A stretch of DNA of 63,385 bases, counting the filler, from Octopus bimaculoides (lineage: Eukaryota): the NCBI RefSeq assembly GCF_001194135.2. It is 5 parts of 5 records of this genome, joined end to end, with 100 filler letters (N's around TTAATTAATTAA, not from the genome) between each part and the next. Parts side by side here need not be neighbours in the genome. Positions count along the whole stretch, not along the records: positions 1 to 23,788 come from NC_068996.1; positions 23,889 to 33,275 come from NC_068984.1; 3 more parts are not named here. The stretch is one strand, 5' to 3'. Positions within the stretch are counted from its first letter, which is position 1; each line of letters opens with the position of its first letter. This document shows positions 12,866 to 25,789 of this stretch, piece by piece. Under the pieces are notes generated by a model. That model was not told where the DNA came from, did not search any database, and was given only the letters and a program-made list of their open reading frames with translations. A program made the position numbers and the translations under genes.

Positions 12866-13110
12866 CAAGGGAGTATCCATAAGAAACCAGAATTTTGCAA
12901 TATTATTTTATTTTACACTTGTTATCACTTTCAAAGTATTCTCCATTTGAAACAATGCATTGGTCCAGACACATTTTCCACTGATCAAAGCAGTCCCAGA
13001 ATTCTTGCAAAGTGATGCCTTTTAATGCCTGCATCGCTTTTTTTTCTTCATGTCTTCATGTTTTCCACATCAGCAAAACGCTTTCCTTTAAGGACTTTTT
13101 TGCATTCATG
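12866..13110 (-). mobile_element. mariner-like element end (TIR plus transposase tail)
   Basis: TA|CAAGGGAGTATCCATAAGAAACCAGAATTTTGCAATATTATTTT is the reverse complement of the copy ending at 30533. Confidence 0.65.
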
Positions 13111-13949
13111 GAAAAAGTGTAAAAATGTAAAATTATCAGAGTAATGGGCATTCGAAAAAGTGTGTACGTATGGATAGAAATGTATGAATGAAGTCCTTAA
13201 GGTTTAAGATTCAAATTAAGGAAGTGCAATAATAATGTTAAGCAATTCAAAACTGTGAATAGTGAAATGCAGAATTAGGTCAGCTGATTGTGAAAATCAA
13301 ATATTGATTGCTAAAAACTGCAGGTGTTGTGGGTTATTTCCCTTGGGTTTAAATAAAATATTAGTAATATGTAGTAGATAGATTGATCCATTGGAAGTGC
13401 CCTATTATCGATTTTTTTCAACAATCTAAATATGTCACGAGGGTTGCTGATATGAGTTCCACTCATGTGTCAAATAAAGTGATATTGTCTGCAAAAATTA
13501 GAAATTGGACACAGACAAAAATCAATATTCAAAGTAATTGAACATAAACAATGAAATGGATTATTTCCCTTGAGTGCTTAAAAAAATATTGCGCAGATGC
13601 TATGGGTTATTTCCCTTGGGTGTTTAGAAAGAAAAATTAGTTATATGAGGTAGATTTAAAGGCCCCCTCCCTAGGGGCCATATTATCGACTTTTTCAACA
13701 GTCTAAGTATGTCACAAGGTTTCCAGACATGAGTTCTACTCACGTGTCAAGTTTCATCAAAATCAATAAAACAATGTAGGAGGAGTTAGCTGACAACACC
13801 ACAAACAAACACACACCGATTTTCCACATATGTAGTAGATATATATGACAACAGTGAGATGTCAAAAGACTGAGATGCCTGACACCTTACTGAACTCAAG
13901 AAGACTTGTACTTCACAGCAGAAGAGTTAAGACCGGTCCCTCTGGTGGT

Positions 13950-14295
13950 GAAAAGCATTGTGGCGGTGTCACGTAAAAGCACCCATGCAGTGCCACTTAA
14001 AAGTGCCCATGTGGTGCCACATGAAAGTGCCAGTGTGGTGTCTCATAAAAGCACCCATACAGCATCATGTAAAACAACCTGTGCAGTGCCACATAAAAAC
14101 AGCCATGTGGTGCCATGTAAATGTGCCCAGCACACTCTGTAAAGTGGTGGGCATTAGGAAGGGCGTCCAGTAATAGAAACCATACCAAAACATACTGGAG
14201 GCTGGTGCAGCTCCCCAGCTTGCCAGCTGTGGTCAAACCATCCAACTCATACCAGCATGGACAACAGACGTTAAATGATGATGATGATGATGATG
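13950..14295 (+). mobile_element. Family A SINE-like repeat with an internal array of about 24-bp units
   Basis: About seven units like GTGGTGCCACATAAAAGCACCCAT (13960-14125), then GGCATTAGGAAGGGCGTCCAG and a (GAT)n tail. Confidence 0.7.
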
Positions 14296-15033
14296 ATATA
14301 TGTATGTATGTATGTATGTATGTATACACTCATATATGTGAGTGTGTTTGTGTACAGATATCTGTATGCATATACATATATATATATACCAATGTAAATA
14401 CATGTGCGTATGCATGCTGCTGTGACTTGAGTGTGTATGTGTATCCTACACTTCTTTTCTCATAGATAGATATTCTCTTATCACAAACCAGCTTCTGCCC
14501 GGTGGCCATGGAGTTCAGTCAAACAGCTTCAACCCATCATTCTAATAAATCTGTTATTAACCGTGCCCTTTGAGCCCTTTCACAGCTAAAATACATTTAA
14601 ACAATATCTTTGAGATGGTTCTTTAAGAATATGTCCACACCCGTCATTCTTCTTTTTCCAACCTTATGCCCAGATTCTTTTTTTTCCTCAGATACTTCTT
14701 ATCAGTATACCTACATATCCACAATACCAATTCCATTAATTTTATTACTATCTACTACTTTACCACCCCACTCACCTCCTCCCTAATCCAGCAGCACTGG
14801 TCTTATGAACACCCTAATCTTGTTTTGCGGCTTTTCACTCTTAAGTAGTTTTATGTATGTATTTTATGTGTTGTTCTTATTTGGTCTGATACCAGTTGTG
14901 TTGTCTTATGGGTGGGAGTGGCAGTATTATTTCCCCCACCCCCACCCTATGTTGTGTAAATCCCCTACTGTGTGTACAAAATCTATGTAGAGACACACAA
15001 ACACATACACACACAGTTACATATATATACACA

Positions 15034-15066
<33 letters not shown>

Positions 15067-15130
15067 CTGTATGTGTGTGTGTGTGTATATAAATATATGT
15101 ATATATATATATGTATATGTATGCATATAC

Positions 15131-15181
<51 letters not shown>

Positions 15182-15454
15182 GGCAAATCCAAGAACAAGA
15201 AATGCAGGAGAAAACAACAGAAGTCAATTAGATGCACACAGTGAATGTATTAGATTTAGGGTCAGTGAATGTTTTAGATGGTAAAATAATAGAAAAGACA
15301 TTTTGAGCATGGCTTTTCATTGCAGAAATGAAAATGTCCAGGGAAGAGGAAAAGGAGGAAGAGATACATAGTGTGGAAAAAAGCATATGTCGTTACATAT
15401 ATATATATATATATATATACAGAGAGACACAGAGAGAAAGAGAGCAAAATACAT

Positions 15455-15680
15455 ATATCATCATCATCATCATCCACACCTAATGTCAATTTTCCATGCT
15501 GGCATGGGTTGGACTGTTTGACAAGTTCCATAGTCTGTTTTGGCTTTGTTACTATGGCTGGATGCCCTTCTTAATGCCAACTACATTGTGGTACTAATGC
15601 CAGTGTACAGTGTATTGAGTTCTTTATACACAGCAGCAGTCTGAGTGCTTTTTACATGGCACCAATGCTTTTTGGTTTTA
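15455..15680 (-). mobile_element. Family A SINE-like repeat
   Basis: (CAT)n..TTCCATGCTGGCATGGGTTGGAC..GCTGGATGCCCTTCTTAATGCCAAC. Confidence 0.6.
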
Positions 15681-15689
15681 GGATCTCAA

Positions 15690-16645
15690 TTCTGTTGTGG
15701 TGGTTGGGTCTTCTCAAGTACAGCAATGCACCACGTATCTTAGTCCTCTCTCATCTCCTTTGTAAGGCTCAATATGTTAAGATCACCCTTCACTACTTCA
15801 TCCCATGCCTTCCTTGGTCTCTCTTTCCCACAACTTCTCTCCACTTTAAAGAGTCAGCACTTTTTTATGCAACTGTCCTCATCCGTTCATATCACATGAC
15901 CAAACTGGTGCAGTCTCCTCTCTTGCACACTGCATCTAATTCCACGTCTAGTGGAGCATACTAGGTTCATCCCTCTCTAGTCTTTACATGCCCTCTGCTT
16001 TCCGGGTCCACGTCTCGCTCCCATGCAGCATCACAGTTCATACAAATGCCTTGTGCAATCTTCTTATCACTTGGAGAAAGAGAGACATTTGGTTGTAAAC
16101 AGAGATAAAGGCTCTCTGAACTTTCTCCATCCTTTTTCCTTATTCTACGAATTACACTTTCTGTACAACCTCCTCCACTGCTAATTAGGTCACCTGGGTA
16201 GCAAAAATTATCTACAATATCCAGAAAACCACCAGATTTAAGGAAATCAGTTTCCTGTGTGTTTGTGATCTTTATGGCTCCTGTATATCTTTCACAAACA
16301 CTACTTTCTCTGATAACTTTCCTATTATTCCATTGCACCTCTTCTCTGTCCATAGCTTGCACTGGATACATTAAATGGAATTTCTGCCTAAACCCTTCCT
16401 ACATATCAAACCTACATATCAAACCATTTACCCAATGGGTGAAGGGTCCTGTCCAATTTCTTACTTACTAGGACTTTGGTCTTTGCTAAGTTTACTTTAA
16501 GACCTTAAATTCCAGGTACTGTTTCCACACCTGGAAATTCTTTTCTAATTCTGTTACAGATTCTGCTACGAGGGCAGGATCACCACCATACCGCCATATA
16601 GAAGTTCCCATGGGCTTCTAGTCTTAAATTCCTCTGTTATGGTTT
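15690..16645 (-). mobile_element. RTE LINE, 5'-truncated within RT, degraded
   Basis: The minus strand reads ITEEFKTRSPWELLY(ADD-like), ELEKNFQVWKQ, FLDIVDNFCYPGDLISSGGGCTESV and a C-terminal DLNILSLTKEMRED..W segment. Confidence 0.85.
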
Positions 16646-17719
16646 GAGGAATTTAAGACTGGAAGCCCATATATGTATATATAGATATATATATTCACAC
16701 GCATACATACATGTGTGTGTGAGTGTGTGTGTGTAGTGCAATATTTGGATTCATAGAATCCTTTGTTTATCACAGAAAGCTCCTCTAGCAGACCTCATGG
16801 CAATCCAATACGGAGGAGTATAATACAGATTTCTATGCAGCTGAAATCCAGGAGATTCAATTGATGAAATTATTTCATGAGCAGTATATATAAACCATAA
16901 AAAGGTGAGGAGCTATGAGAAGTGAATATGTTTATTTAACCACTTGATATCCATAGGACTATGATACTTATAATCAAGTTGGCAAATTCAATCTAATTCA
17001 AGTAGAATTTGTAGAATCTATATGCTTATATATTAACCTGCATGCATATTTGTTGTATTAAGATATTTATATGTGCATGTAAACATTTTCCCCCTATGGG
17101 TGTATATATGTGTGTTTATATATATGTGTCATTAATCTGATGTGTATGTATATATGCATATGTATGTGTATATATATACATATATATATATATGTATATA
17201 TANNNNNNNNNNNNNNNNNNNNNNNNNNNNNNNNNNNNNNNNNNNNNNNNNNNNNNNNNNNNNNNNNNNNNNNNNNNNNNNNNNNNNNNNNNNNNNNNNN
17301 NNNNNNNNNNNNNNNNNNNNNNNNNNNNNNNNNNNNNNNNNNNNNNNNNNNNNNNNNNNNNNNNNNNNCCTGCATGCATATTTGTTGTATTAAGATATTT
17401 ATATGTGCATGTAAACATTTTCCCCCTATGGGTGTATATATGTGTGTTTATATATATGTGTCATTAATCTGATGTGTATGTATATATGCATATGTATGTG
17501 TATATATATACATATATATATATATGTATATATAACTTAGATATGTTTTGACCAAAGATTGGTCCAGGCCATGTCTAACTTAATAGTGCCACCGGATTTT
17601 TTTTACATTTTGCCCAAACAAATTTAACATCGGATTCATATATATATATATATGAGAAAGTTGGTATGTGAAAGCACGTGGTTGGATGTATAAAAGATAA
17701 TAAGAGTGAAAGAAGATTT

Positions 17720-18500
17720 AACTGAGGACTGGTGAACTAGATGGCTGCACTAGGCTCCAATCTGATTTGGCAGAGTTTCTACAGCTGGATGCCCTTCCTA
17801 ACACCAACCACTCCGAGAGTGTAGTGGGTGTTTTACGTGCCACTGGCACGAAGGCCAGTCAGGCGGTACTGGCAATGGCCACACTGAAAATGGTGTATTT
17901 TATGTGCCACCTGCACAGGAGCCAGTCCATCAGCACTGGCAACGATCTTGCTCGAATGTCTTTTCACATGCCACGGGCACAAGTGCCAGGAAGTGACAAA
18001 CGATCTTGCTCGAATGTCTTTTCACATGCCACTGGCACAAGTGCCAGGAAGGCAACGTTGGTAACGATCACGCTGGTGCTATTTACGTGCCACACTGGTA
18101 CAAGTGCCATTTCGATTTCATTTGCCTCAACAGGTCTTCGCAAGCAGAGTTTAGTATCCAAAAAAGGAATGTTACGCATAAGTGGGCTGACTACATCCCT
18201 GGCAGAGGCCTTGNNNNNNNNNNGGAGTTGGACAGTTTGACCAGGGCTGCCAAGCATGAAGACTGCATCAAATTCCAGTCTGATTTGGCATGGTATCTCC
18301 GAGAGTGTAATGGGCGCTTTTATGTGCCACTACCATGGGTGCCATTTGTATGACACCAGTATCTACTATGATTACACTTTTACTTTGCTTGATGGGTCTT
18401 CTCAAACACAGCCCAACATTCAAAAGGAGCTTTTCGTGTGCCACTTGACATCAACCACTTTGCCTCCATGAGGCCTGATGCTCAAAAGGTACTTTTACAT
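17720..18500 (-). mobile_element. Two adjacent family A SINE-like copies with an internal ~55-bp duplication
   Basis: GGCAGAGTTTCTACAGCTGGATGCCCTTCCTAACACCAACC. AACGATCTTGCTCGAATGTCTTTTCACATGCCAC.GGCACAAGTGCCAGGAAG occurs twice (about 17940 and 17999). Confidence 0.65.
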
Positions 18501-18792
18501 GCCAAAAGCATAAATATCACATAACTGGCACCCATACCAACATATATCTATATATGTATCTGTATTTGTGTGTCTGTATGTATAAGTATTTATATGTTGT
18601 GTATATAGCTATTTATAGCTGTATTTATATTCATATTTGTGTGTATGTGCAAATGTATATGTATATATATGCCTATAAGTATGTATATCTCTATAGACAT
18701 GTGTGTATGTATTTTTATTATGTACATGTATGTGTTTTTGTATGTATTTGGTCATATATATATGCTTATATTTATATTTTTATATGCATACA

Positions 18793-18828
<36 letters not shown>

Positions 18829-18836
18829 TATATACA

Positions 18837-18868
<32 letters not shown>

Positions 18869-20106
18869 NNNNNNNNNNNNNNNNNNNNNNNNNNNNNNNN
18901 NNNNNNNNNNNNNNNNNNNNNNNNNNNNNNNNNNNNNNNNNNNNNNNNNNNNNNNNNNNNNNNNNNNNNNNNNNNNNNNNNNNNNNNNNNNNNNNNNNNN
19001 NNNNNNNNNNNNNNNNNNNNNNNNNNNNNNNNNNNNNNNNNNNNNNNNNNNNNNNNNNNNNNNNNNNNNNNNNNNNNNNNNNNNNNNNNNNNNNNNNNNN
19101 NNNNNNNNNNNNNNNNNNNNNNNNNNNNNNNNNNNNNNNNNNNNNNNNNNNNNNNNNNNNNNNNNNNNNNNNNNNNNNNNNNNNNNNNNNNNNNNNNNNN
19201 NNNNNNNNNNNNNNNNNNNNNNNNNNNNNNNNNNNNNNNNNNNNNNNNNNNNNNNNNNNNNNNNNNNNNNNNNNNNNNNNNNNNNNNNNNNNNNNNNNNN
19301 NNNNNNNNNNNNNNNNNNNNNNNNNNNNNNNNNNNNNNNNNNNNNNNNNNNNNNNNNNNNNNNNNNNNNNNNNNNNNNNNNNNNNNNNNNNNNNNNNNNN
19401 NNNNNNNNNNNNNNNNNNNNNNNNNNNNNNNNNNNNNNNNNNNNNNNNNNNNNNNNNNNNNNNNNNNNNNNNNNNNNNNNNNNNNNNNNNNNNNNNNNNN
19501 NNNNNNNNNNNNNNNNNNNNNNNNNNNNNNNNNNNNNNNNNNNNNNNNNNNNNNNNNNNNNNNNNNNNNNNNNNNNNNNNNNNNNNNNNNNNNNNNNNNN
19601 NNNNNNNNNNNNNNNNNNNNNNNNNNNNNNNNNNNNNNNNNNNNCCATCAATGATATATATATATATAGAGACTCAGTGTCTATTCAGCCACTTGTGTCC
19701 AAAATAGCCTGTGGGCTTATTAAAATGTTATTACTAACAACAGAACTAGTTTCAATACCAGAAGGTAATTTTGTTGATATGGGTTGTACATATCTTCTGC
19801 CAGAGTTTGTTGCTTGTTGTTGTTGTTGTTAGTCACCATCTTTCCTGAACTTGAGTATCCTGAAATCAGCCATCAACATTTCTTCTTGTGTTTTCCTCAT
19901 CCTCTTCTACAGGTTCCTTGCTCTTCGGCTGCTTACTACTTCTGTAACCAAACTATTTTATCTCCTTACACAAGACTACCTGCCTTGTCTCCCTCCCTTG
20001 CACATTAAGTCTTATATTTCTTTTATATCCAGCTCATTTGTGCTTCATCATTCATGCACTCTAATATCAACCATTACTCACACACACACACACATACACA
20101 CACACA

Positions 20107-20146
<40 letters not shown>

Positions 20147-21834
20147 CACACACACACATTAATATATTTATGCAATCATTTATATAGTTATGTAAATATC
20201 TACATATACATAGTTAAGTGGTTTCTGTGTTTATTATTTTGCATTATCCCATTTTCTGTAGTTGTTAATTCACTGTATCGTGTTTTACTTTTAACTTAAC
20301 CCATTTGAACCACAATATTTTATATGAATCTCTGGCAGTTTACTTTGATCATAGACATAATGTAATATGTATATATCTATGCATGTACATACATACATAC
20401 ATACATACATACATACATACATACATACATACATACATACATACATGCATGCATATACCCATACAGAAATTGAGACAACATACATAACCATACAAAACAT
20501 ATTTATCACTACTGGCTACTTATATTGATCTCTTGTACTTTAAGAAACATACATCCATATATCAATAAANNNNNNNNNNNNNNNNNNNNNNNNNNNNNNN
20601 NNNNNNNNNNNNNNNNNNNNNNNNNNNNNNNNNNNNNNNNNNNNNNNNNNNNNNNNNNNNNNNNNNNNNNNNNNNNNNNNNNNNNNNNNNNNNNNNNNNN
20701 NNNNNNNNNNNNNNNNNNNNNNNNNNNNNNNNNNNNNNNNNNNNNNNNNNNNNNNNNNNNNNNNNNNNNNNNNNNNNNNNNNNNNNNNNNNNNNNNNNNN
20801 NNNNNNNNNNNNNNNNNNNNNNNNNNNNNNNNNNNNNNNNNNNNNNNNNNNNNNNNNNNNNNNNNNNNNNNNNNNNNNNNNNNNNNNNNNNNNNNNNNNN
20901 NNNNNNNNNNNNNNNNNNNNNNNNNNNNNNNNNNNNNNNNNNNNNNNNNNNNNNNNNNNNNNNNNNNNNNNNNNNNNNNNNNNNNNNNNNNNNNNNNNNN
21001 NNNNNNNNNNNNNNNNNNNNNNNNNNNNNNNNNNNNNNNNNNNNNNNNNNNNNNNNNNNNNNNNNNNNNNNNNNNNNNNNNNNNNNNNNNNNNNNNNNNN
21101 NNNNNNNNNNNNNNNNNNNNNNNNNNNNNNNNNNNNNNNNNNNNNNNNNNNNNNNNNNNNNNNNNNNNNNNNNNNNNNNNNNNNNNNNNNNNNNNNNNNN
21201 NNNNNNNNNNNNNNNNNNNNNNNNNNNNNNNNNNNNNNNNNNNNNNNNNNNNNNNNNNNNNNNNNNNNNNNNNNNNNNNNNNNNNNNNNNNNNNNNNNNN
21301 NNNNNNNNNNNNNNNNNNNNNNNNNNNNNNNNNNNNNNNNNNNNNNNNNNNNNNNNNNNNNNNNNNNNNNNNNNNNNNNNNNNNNNNNNNNNNNNNNNNN
21401 NNNAGATGTATCCAAAGATGTCATGTAGGAAAATTGAAGTTAAACCACATGTTTCTGAGGCAAATTACTTTCCCTTATACCTTTATGTGCATACATATGT
21501 GTATGTGCATGTGTGTACATCTAGTTTAGAATAGAGGCAGCTAATGAAGGAAAAGTTCCATAAGTGGCTTATCTGTTTTCCTATGTGTTCATTCTGTTGT
21601 CCATGAAAAAAGTTCGTTTTTTTGTGCTCTGTTTCTGTTCCTGTTCCTTTTTTGACGTCCTGTACCCGGATATGCATCTATATATACATGTAGATGTAGG
21701 TATGTACATATATGTATGTATACATGCATATGCTCATATATCATTTGNNNNNNNNNNAGAAAGAAAGAGACCTTAATATTATGTAAATAGAGGAATTTAT
21801 CTGTAAATATATGTGACAATTATTCGGTTGCCAT

Positions 21835-23746
21835 GATAAAACTCTGAGTTTCAGATGTCGGGGCAGAAACACACGCCGCCATCGCCTCAGTCATCTGGCC
21901 ATCGAAGAAAGCTATGAAAATGACCATTAAAACAAAGGGAAATTACTGTGTGGTTGACCGTTATTAAGACAAAAGAGCTATTAGAATGACCGCTAAGTGA
22001 GGGGAGGGAGTAAAAATGTCCATAGTATTCGCGTAAGCGCACCAGTCCATACATACACATGCGCGCCCGCACACCCACGTACATACGCCTAAATATATGC
22101 TCATACACCCTCACTTGAAACACACACATGCTCACCAACACATTCGCCAAAAAAGATAATATATATATACCGCATACACACGCAACATGCTCGCACACAT
22201 ACACATGGGCGCAAAAAGGTTCATACACACGTCTATATACGCACATGTCCAAGAAACAACAGGACTAAAGGCAAAATACAGAAAAAGTGTAAAAAGTGTC
22301 AAAAGGCCATGAGGGTAAAACATGTCTATATGTGCACATTCTCGCATGCACGCACACATGTCTATATATGCACGTACCTGCACACACACATCCACAAGCA
22401 CGCACAAAAGGTTCCATGTACATATCTATATATGCACAAGAAAAAAAGCAAGGTGGAAGGTAGAATATAGAACAACTATGTGTAAAAAATATATAAAACA
22501 ATATCCCTATAACCTATACACCTGCCACCAGTCCAGTAATAAAGAAAAGAAAACATAGAAATAGGAAAACTATTTGGTTCACAACCCGTTATTCACCCGA
22601 AGTGACCTTTAATATATGTAAGTATTTCTTAGCACTGATAGAGACATTTTCCAGTCAACCATAGTTACAGAAAGCTCTTCAATAGACATAACTTAAAAAT
22701 CAGTTTCAGCTCAACTACTAATTTTAAAAATATAATCGCACACAACACACAAAAACCACAATATGAAACCAGCTGTTCATGCAGGGATAAAAATTTGTGC
22801 CTGTTAAATGGAGCTTGCATATCTGCGACCACCATTTATGAAGCCACCATAGACTCTATATCCACTAAGAACATGGTTTCAATGAAGAAATACGTGGACC
22901 TTACAGAGGGTAATTTCAAGGCCAGGTTCAATAATCACACCTTGAGCTTCAGGCACTGGGAGAAAAGGGAAATGACCAAATTATCCAGTCATATATGGTC
23001 CTTAAACGATAAAGGTGTCAGTTACAACATCCACTGGAAGATCTTAGCCAAGTGTAAGCCCTACACCAACAGCCGTGGAAAGTGCGGTCTTTGTGATATG
23101 GAAAGATGACTCATCTGGAAAGACAGCTTAGACCACGCCACATGTCTAAATTCAAGAACTGAACTTTTCGGATATGTCCACATGTGGCTAAATATTTGCT
23201 ACGTTTTTGGTCCCCCCCGAGATTACTGATAGGACTTGCTTTCTATATTGTGTCTATGTACAAGCTTTTTATCTCTCTATATACTGTTTACTTATATTTT
23301 TTATATATTTTTTTACATATTTATAGAGATGTTGTTTTATATATTTTTTACACATAGTTTTTCTGTATTCTACTTTCCACCCTGCTTTTTCCCTGTGCGT
23401 TTATGGACGTGTACATGGAACCTTTTGTGCGTGCTTGTGGATGTTTGCGTGTGTGCGGGTACGTGCATATATAGACATGTGTGCGTGCATGCGAGAATGT
23501 GCACATATAGACATGTCTTACCCTCATGGCCTTTTTACACTCTTTTCCACTTTTTTAGCCCTGTTGTTTCTTGTGCATGTGCGTATATAGACGCGTGTGT
23601 GAACCTTTTTGTGCATGTGTGTATGTGTGTGAGCATGTTGCGTGTGTGTGCGTGTGTGTGTGAGCGTGTATGTGGGTATACATATATATTATTTTTTTGG
23701 CGAATGTGTGAGTGAGCATGTGTGTGTTTCAAGTGAGGGTGGATAA

Positions 23747-23750
<4 letters not shown>
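21835..23750 (+). mobile_element. Penelope-like element: truncated GIY-YIG body flanked by inverted pLTR copies
   Basis: 22540-23200 encodes a degenerate WFNPPY-like motif and IYEATID..KKYVDLTEGNFKARFNNH..WKILAKCKPY..KCGLC (GIY-YIG). About 22100-22510 is the reverse complement of about 23310-23750. A hammerhead relic lies at 21835-21895 (minus). Confidence 0.8.
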
Positions 23751-23788
<38 letters not shown>

Positions 23789-23888
23789 NNNNNNNNNNNN
23801 NNNNNNNNNNNNNNNNNNNNNNNNNNNNNNNNTTAATTAATTAANNNNNNNNNNNNNNNNNNNNNNNNNNNNNNNNNNNNNNNNNNNN
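23789..23888. other. Artificial scaffold-join spacer
   Basis: Exactly 44 N + TTAATTAATTAA (23833-44) + 44 N. Confidence 0.95.
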
Positions 23889-25097
23889 AAGCACACAGGG
23901 GTCCCAAAACTGCTCCTCCCCCGCCCTGTAAGAAAAACACATTGTAATATATGACAGAACAAATAAAGAACTTTACGATGTGATAGACACATGGGACAAT
24001 ACAATCGAAGTAAATACGACAGGATATTCTGGATTACCATTGTGTGGTGGTAAACTTGGAACATATGCCAAGAATAAAAGACTATGATAAGGACTATGAA
24101 TACTGGGTCAGGAAAATTGACACCAGCCAATTCCCAAAGTGGATAGATGATCGTTATCTTCGCGAAAGATGAAGATTAGCTGTGTTTTTAAAGTCATACT
24201 AACAGGTTAAATGAAGTCGCTCGGAGGTTGGGGCCGAACAGCCTCATTTCATTTTAATCCATTATTTCATTCATTCCTTACATTCGTTTTTTGTCCCCAT
24301 CTTGTATTGTCCCCTACATGTTAACCCCTTGTGGGTAATAAAGAATTCTTTACATTTTGGATTACATAGTAAATAGAAAGAGAATTATGGGACTTGTATC
24401 TACACACAGCCATTATGGATTACTATAAAGGATTTTGCCCTGGATTTATATCATTTTTTCAAAATGTTTATCCTAAGTTTGTACCAATACACTTTTTAAA
24501 CAACATCTTTATCGTACAATTTTAAATAGCATCAGTCTCATTCGATTGACTGCACTAAAATTCATCCTTTACTCTGACGAGTGGATATATTATAAACACA
24601 AGAATACATATATGTACATTTAAATGTACATACATAAATGTGTATACATGCACACCAATGAGTCAGTTAATATTGTTATTATACACATATATATATACGC
24701 ACCCACACATACATACATACATACATACATACATACATACATACATACATACATACATACATACACATATGTATATATAAGCATTCCCGTACAGACATGT
24801 TCCCTGGTACATACGCATTAGTTGCGTTTGGAAAGGAGGATTCTACTACCAGCAGAATTCTATCTTCTCCATAAGCAGAAAAATAACGGAGTAACTCATC
24901 GCAGATTTATAGATTATTGTAACAATTCTCACGAACTATTTTTTATATAAATTATTCCATTACAAACAGGACTGACACGTACGTACCCCATAGGTTCCAA
25001 GTTTACCACCACACAATGGTAATCCAGAATATCCTGTCGTATTTACTTCGATTGTATTGTCCCATGTGTCTATCACATCGNNNNNNNNNNTAGCCAT

Positions 25098-25158
25098 GAT
25101 AAAACTCCGAGTTTCGGATGCCGGGGTGGGAGCCCACGCCAACATCTCTTCAGTTATC
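25098..25158 (-). ncRNA. Type I hammerhead ribozyme motif in a PLE pLTR
   Basis: The minus strand reads GATAA-CTGAAGA-GATGTTGG-C-GTGGG-ct-CCCAC-C-CCGGCATC-C-GAAA-CTCGGAG-TT-TTATC. Stem I is a perfect 5 bp, stem II is long, cleavage triplet GUU. Flanks (25095-25315) match 21833-22070. Confidence 0.85.
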
Positions 25159-25509
25159 TGGCCATTGAAAATTCCTGTGAAAAATGACCGTTAAACAAAG
25201 GGAAATTACTGTGTGGTGACCGTCAATAAGACAAAAGAGCTAATAGACCGCTAAGAAGGTAAAGGTAAGAGAGTAGAGAAGTCTATAGGTTTGCGTAAGC
25301 GCACCAATCCGTACATTCGCCTATATTTATATATTAAAACTACCCTCGCTTTAAACATGATATTTTACGTCTAATTGTTTGTTTGTATAATAGTGCTCGC
25401 TTGCTTAGTAAATATTGCTTTCATTATTTTATCACATTATTTTATCTCTTTTTTTAAGAGTCAATCTGTCATATATATTTATCATTAATAATTGGTAGAA
25501 CTTACAAAT

Positions 25510-25546
<37 letters not shown>

Positions 25547-25789
25547 CAGATAGATAGATGGATGGATGGATGGATGGATGGATGGATGGATACACACACA
25601 CACACGCACACTCACACACAAATCTGGTGCTGTGAGAACACATGAGAATGGCGTTTCTTTACTTTTTGAAATATACCCACATTCGGCATGTGTTGATATA
25701 TGCCAAAGCAATTTAATTTTACACAAATATATATTACTTTACATATAACTTATGTGTTAATTCTATTTACTGAATCTTGCTAAAAAGCA

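Noticed and set aside
13960-14125. Array of about 24-bp units that could be mistaken for a CRISPR
   Set aside because: No unique spacers, eukaryotic context, and it is internal to a SINE-like repeat.
17037-17534. Identical 166-bp direct repeat (17037-17202 and 17369-17534)
   Set aside because: The copies flank an N gap of the same length, so this is almost certainly an unmerged contig overlap.
19665-19765. Possible plus-strand exon ending GAAG|gtaatt
   Set aside because: Short, weak acceptor, and the peptide is unrecognisable.
24574-24606. CTGACGA-GTG..CAC motif
   Set aside because: No proper GAAA or stem III follows.
25091-25178. Apparent minus-strand exon (ttttcacag|..GQITEEMLAWAPTPASETRSFIMA) duplicated at 21835-21920
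   Set aside because: Better explained as the hammerhead-bearing PLE pLTR. The second copy has an in-frame stop just after this segment.
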